This document shows, in pieces, positions 54,792 through 56,444 of a DNA stretch of 56,444 bases. This stretch comes from a virus (taxonomy: Duplodnaviria; Caudoviricetes): the IMG/VR virus record IMGVR_UViG_3300045557_000058, positions 1 to 56,444 of that record; one strand, 5' to 3'. The translations under genes and the position numbers were made by a program. The notes below the pieces were generated by a model. That model saw only the letters and a program-made list of their open reading frames with translations, had not been told where the DNA came from and searched no databases. Within the stretch, counting starts at the first letter, position 1. Each line of letters starts with the position of its first letter.

Positions 54792-55039
54792 GTTGCGCCT
54801 CCGTTGTTCGGATTAAGCGTTTCGCTTACCAGTTGACAAAAAGAATCGCCAAGTTCAGAAATATCAACCCCTAGAGCCTTTGCAATTTTTTCAGCTTCCC
54901 ACAAATATAAGTCTCTTTTTAATCGCTTTGTTCGCAAACCAGATAGTGTCTGCATTGAAATTCCTGTTTGTTCAGAAACCCAATTCATACGCTTACCTGT
55001 TTTTTTGAAAGCTGCGTCAAGAGCCGTTTTGCCTGCCAT
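54788..55039 (-). CDS. Cro-like HTH regulator
   Basis: VSEQTGISMQTLS...KIAKALGVDISEL; divergent from CI-like gene. Confidence 0.85.
   Translation of the reverse strand: MAGKTALDAAFKKTGKRMNWVSEQTGISMQTLSGLRTKRLKRDLYLWEAEKIAKALGVDISELGDSFCQLVSETLNPNNGGAT
54814..54828. promoter_or_regulatory. Distal operator TAAGC-N5-GCTTA inside cro 3' end
   Basis: GATTAAGCGTTTCGCTTACC, one mismatch to the site at 55056-55075. Confidence 0.7.
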
Positions 55040-55058
55040 TTTTTCACCACCTTCCGAT

Positions 55059-55164
55059 TAAGCATTTCGCTTACCTGTGCTTATTTTATATCGGCGTTTT
55101 GCTTATGTCAATATATTTTTGAGCGAATCGCTTATTTTTTTTTCGCCAATATGCGATATGCTTA
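55059..55164. promoter_or_regulatory. Immunity switch: four operators and the cro promoter
   Basis: TAAGC-N5-GCTTA variants at 55059, 55091, 55120, 55150; minus-strand TTGACA (55106-55111), 17 bp, TAAAAT (55083-55088). Confidence 0.8.
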
Positions 55165-55173
55165 GTACGGGAG

Positions 55174-55668
55174 GTGAGATTCTTGGCAAAAATTGAAATG
55201 ACTCCTTTAGCAGTCAGGTTAAAACAAATTAGAGAACAACGCGGCTTTACGCAAGAACAAGTTTCAGAAAAAATCAATGTAGAAATCGGCACTCTGTCTG
55301 GCTACGAAAGGGCATATCGAAAACCTAGCCCAGAAATGCTGTCAAGACTTGCTGATCTTTATGTATGCTCTGCCGACTATCTCCTGGGCCGCGTTGATAG
55401 TCCTAACGATGAACTTGTCCGTGAAACTACCGAACCGCTAGACCCGTCCATTGAGCGCATCGGCTTTACTGATCCATCCCCCGCCGCAATGAAAATCGCT
55501 TCGGCGCTGGAATCGGACCCAGAGTTATTGTCATTTTGGGGTGAACTATCAAAGCGCGAAGATTTGCAACTGCTGTTTAGACAAACAAAAAGCATGACCC
55601 CCGAAACGATTCGGAAAGTCATGCGTATTATTAAAGCGATTGAAGATGATGAGGTAGGCGAGGACTAA
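55174..55668 (+). CDS. CI/ImmR-like XRE repressor
   Basis: RLKQIRE.RG.TQEQV...TLSGYE...P..E.L..LA..Y..S.DYLLGR; exact start uncertain. Confidence 0.9.
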   Translation: MRFLAKIEMTPLAVRLKQIREQRGFTQEQVSEKINVEIGTLSGYERAYRKPSPEMLSRLADLYVCSADYLLGRVDSPNDELVRETTEPLDPSIERIGFTDPSPAAMKIASALESDPELLSFWGELSKREDLQLLFRQTKSMTPETIRKVMRIIKAIEDDEVGED

Positions 55669-55670
55669 CA

Positions 55671-55955
55671 ATGTTGCTTTCTCTTTGCAAAAGACTTTAT
55701 CGCACTGGTGAATTGCGTTGTAAAACTGCATCAATCGGGCCGGAAGTGGACGGGTTTATTTACCGTTCACGCAAAGGGAATCTATATATTCTGGTTGACG
55801 ATTCCGTATCTCCCGAGGCCAGAACAAGAGCATTCTTGCATGAAACCCACCACGCCGCAGCCGATATGCCTGCCGGCAAATATGTATTGGGGCTTGATGA
55901 TCGTCGTTCTCGTCGCGAACGGGCGGCGGAAGAATACGCAACTAGGGAATATTAA
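55671..55955 (+). CDS. ImmA/IrrE-like metalloprotease (anti-repressor)
   Basis: HETHH (HExxH), E..A motif; directly after repressor. Confidence 0.75.
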   Translation: MLLSLCKRLYRTGELRCKTASIGPEVDGFIYRSRKGNLYILVDDSVSPEARTRAFLHETHHAAADMPAGKYVLGLDDRRSRRERAAEEYATREY

Positions 55956-55998
55956 ACCGTACTCATCCGCTTTCGGCGGCGGGTGCGGTTTTTGTTTT
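55954..55998 (+). terminator. Terminator-like hairpin after ImmA-like gene
   Basis: AAACCGTACTC-ATCCGC-TTTCG-GCGGC-GGGTGCGGTTT followed by T-rich tract. Confidence 0.5.
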
Positions 55999-56006
55999 AT
56001 TAGGAG

Positions 56007-56444
56007 TTGAATGTTATGGATATTGGCGCGTGGTTAATGGGTTTCGGGCTCGTCGGAGCGATCGCTAGGGATATAGTTAAAATGTATGTTGGTGTAAAAA
56101 ATTCCGATGTAACGGAAAAAGAAAAACTCGATGCTGTTTTTGGCATGTGGTCGCACAAGCATATAAACTTCGCGTCACTTACCAAAGACTTAAAAAAATC
56201 GTTTCGAGTAGAGTATGTATGGAAAGATGTAGAAAAAGGTGGCCCGCGAACGTTACTTGAAGTCTTTCTCTACGCATTGTCGATCGAGGCAGACGTCAGC
56301 CCAAAAGATGGCAGTGTGTTTAGGAAATCGATTAAAGTTTTTGAGTCAGTAGCAAAAAAGCACAAACTTGATGCTAGAGATGATTGTGCCGGATGGTATC
56401 GAGCGTTAAATATTATGGAAGGGAAAGACCCTTTCGCGAAATAG
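56007..56444 (+). CDS. Hypothetical protein with N-terminal TM (lysogeny-module cargo)
   Basis: 145 aa, hydrophobic N-terminus, SD AGGAG. Confidence 0.6.
   Translation: MNVMDIGAWLMGFGLVGAIARDIVKMYVGVKNSDVTEKEKLDAVFGMWSHKHINFASLTKDLKKSFRVEYVWKDVEKGGPRTLLEVFLYALSIEADVSPKDGSVFRKSIKVFESVAKKHKLDARDDCAGWYRALNIMEGKDPFAK

Larger units (their letters stand above)
1..56444. mobile_element. Temperate phage/prophage with podovirus-like structural module; boundaries and integrase not in window
   Basis: Continuous modular order: lysis, ejection, tail, capsid, portal, terminase, accessory, replication, recombination, cro/cI/ImmA-like; no host housekeeping genes. Confidence 0.95.

Noticed and set aside
1-56444. 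tRNA genes, integrase, att sites, stop-codon reassignment
   Set aside because: None recognised; core genes are full length in the standard code, and the terL gap is too long to be stop read-through

Overview
The whole window is one temperate phage or prophage genome segment with podovirus-like structural genes. The host is most plausibly a diderm Firmicute such as Negativicutes; this is inferred from Firmicute-type SD sites and the ImmR/ImmA-type switch together with spanin-like genes. Reading right to left on the minus strand: immunity switch (CI-like HTH and HExxH metalloprotease on +, Cro-like on -, five TAAGC-N5-GCTTA operators); recombination and replication (YqaJ, DUF1351, SSB, initiator with iterons, DnaC); accessory genes (DNA MTase, MazG, Acb2/Tad1-like sponge); packaging (terS and a large terminase split into two genes); portal, scaffold, SU10/DUF5309-type capsid, adaptor, fibre, nozzle, GNAT and ejection proteins; a 4378-aa polyvalent virion protein (MTase, Strawberry-notch helicase, repeat-flanked LPD3/ART cassette); and lysis. 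No integrase or att site is visible in the window. The most striking item is a divergent + strand island (about 34160-37180). It has a consensus promoter and a boxA-like element, a ~130-nt leader RNA with six GAACC motifs, then a fully paired type III hammerhead ribozyme with the U3-A8 core covariation (34321-34369). The ribozyme abuts the RBS of an operon of small, partly acidic proteins that ends in a ribbon-helix-helix gene. All family assignments are from motif recognition by eye, not database searches.
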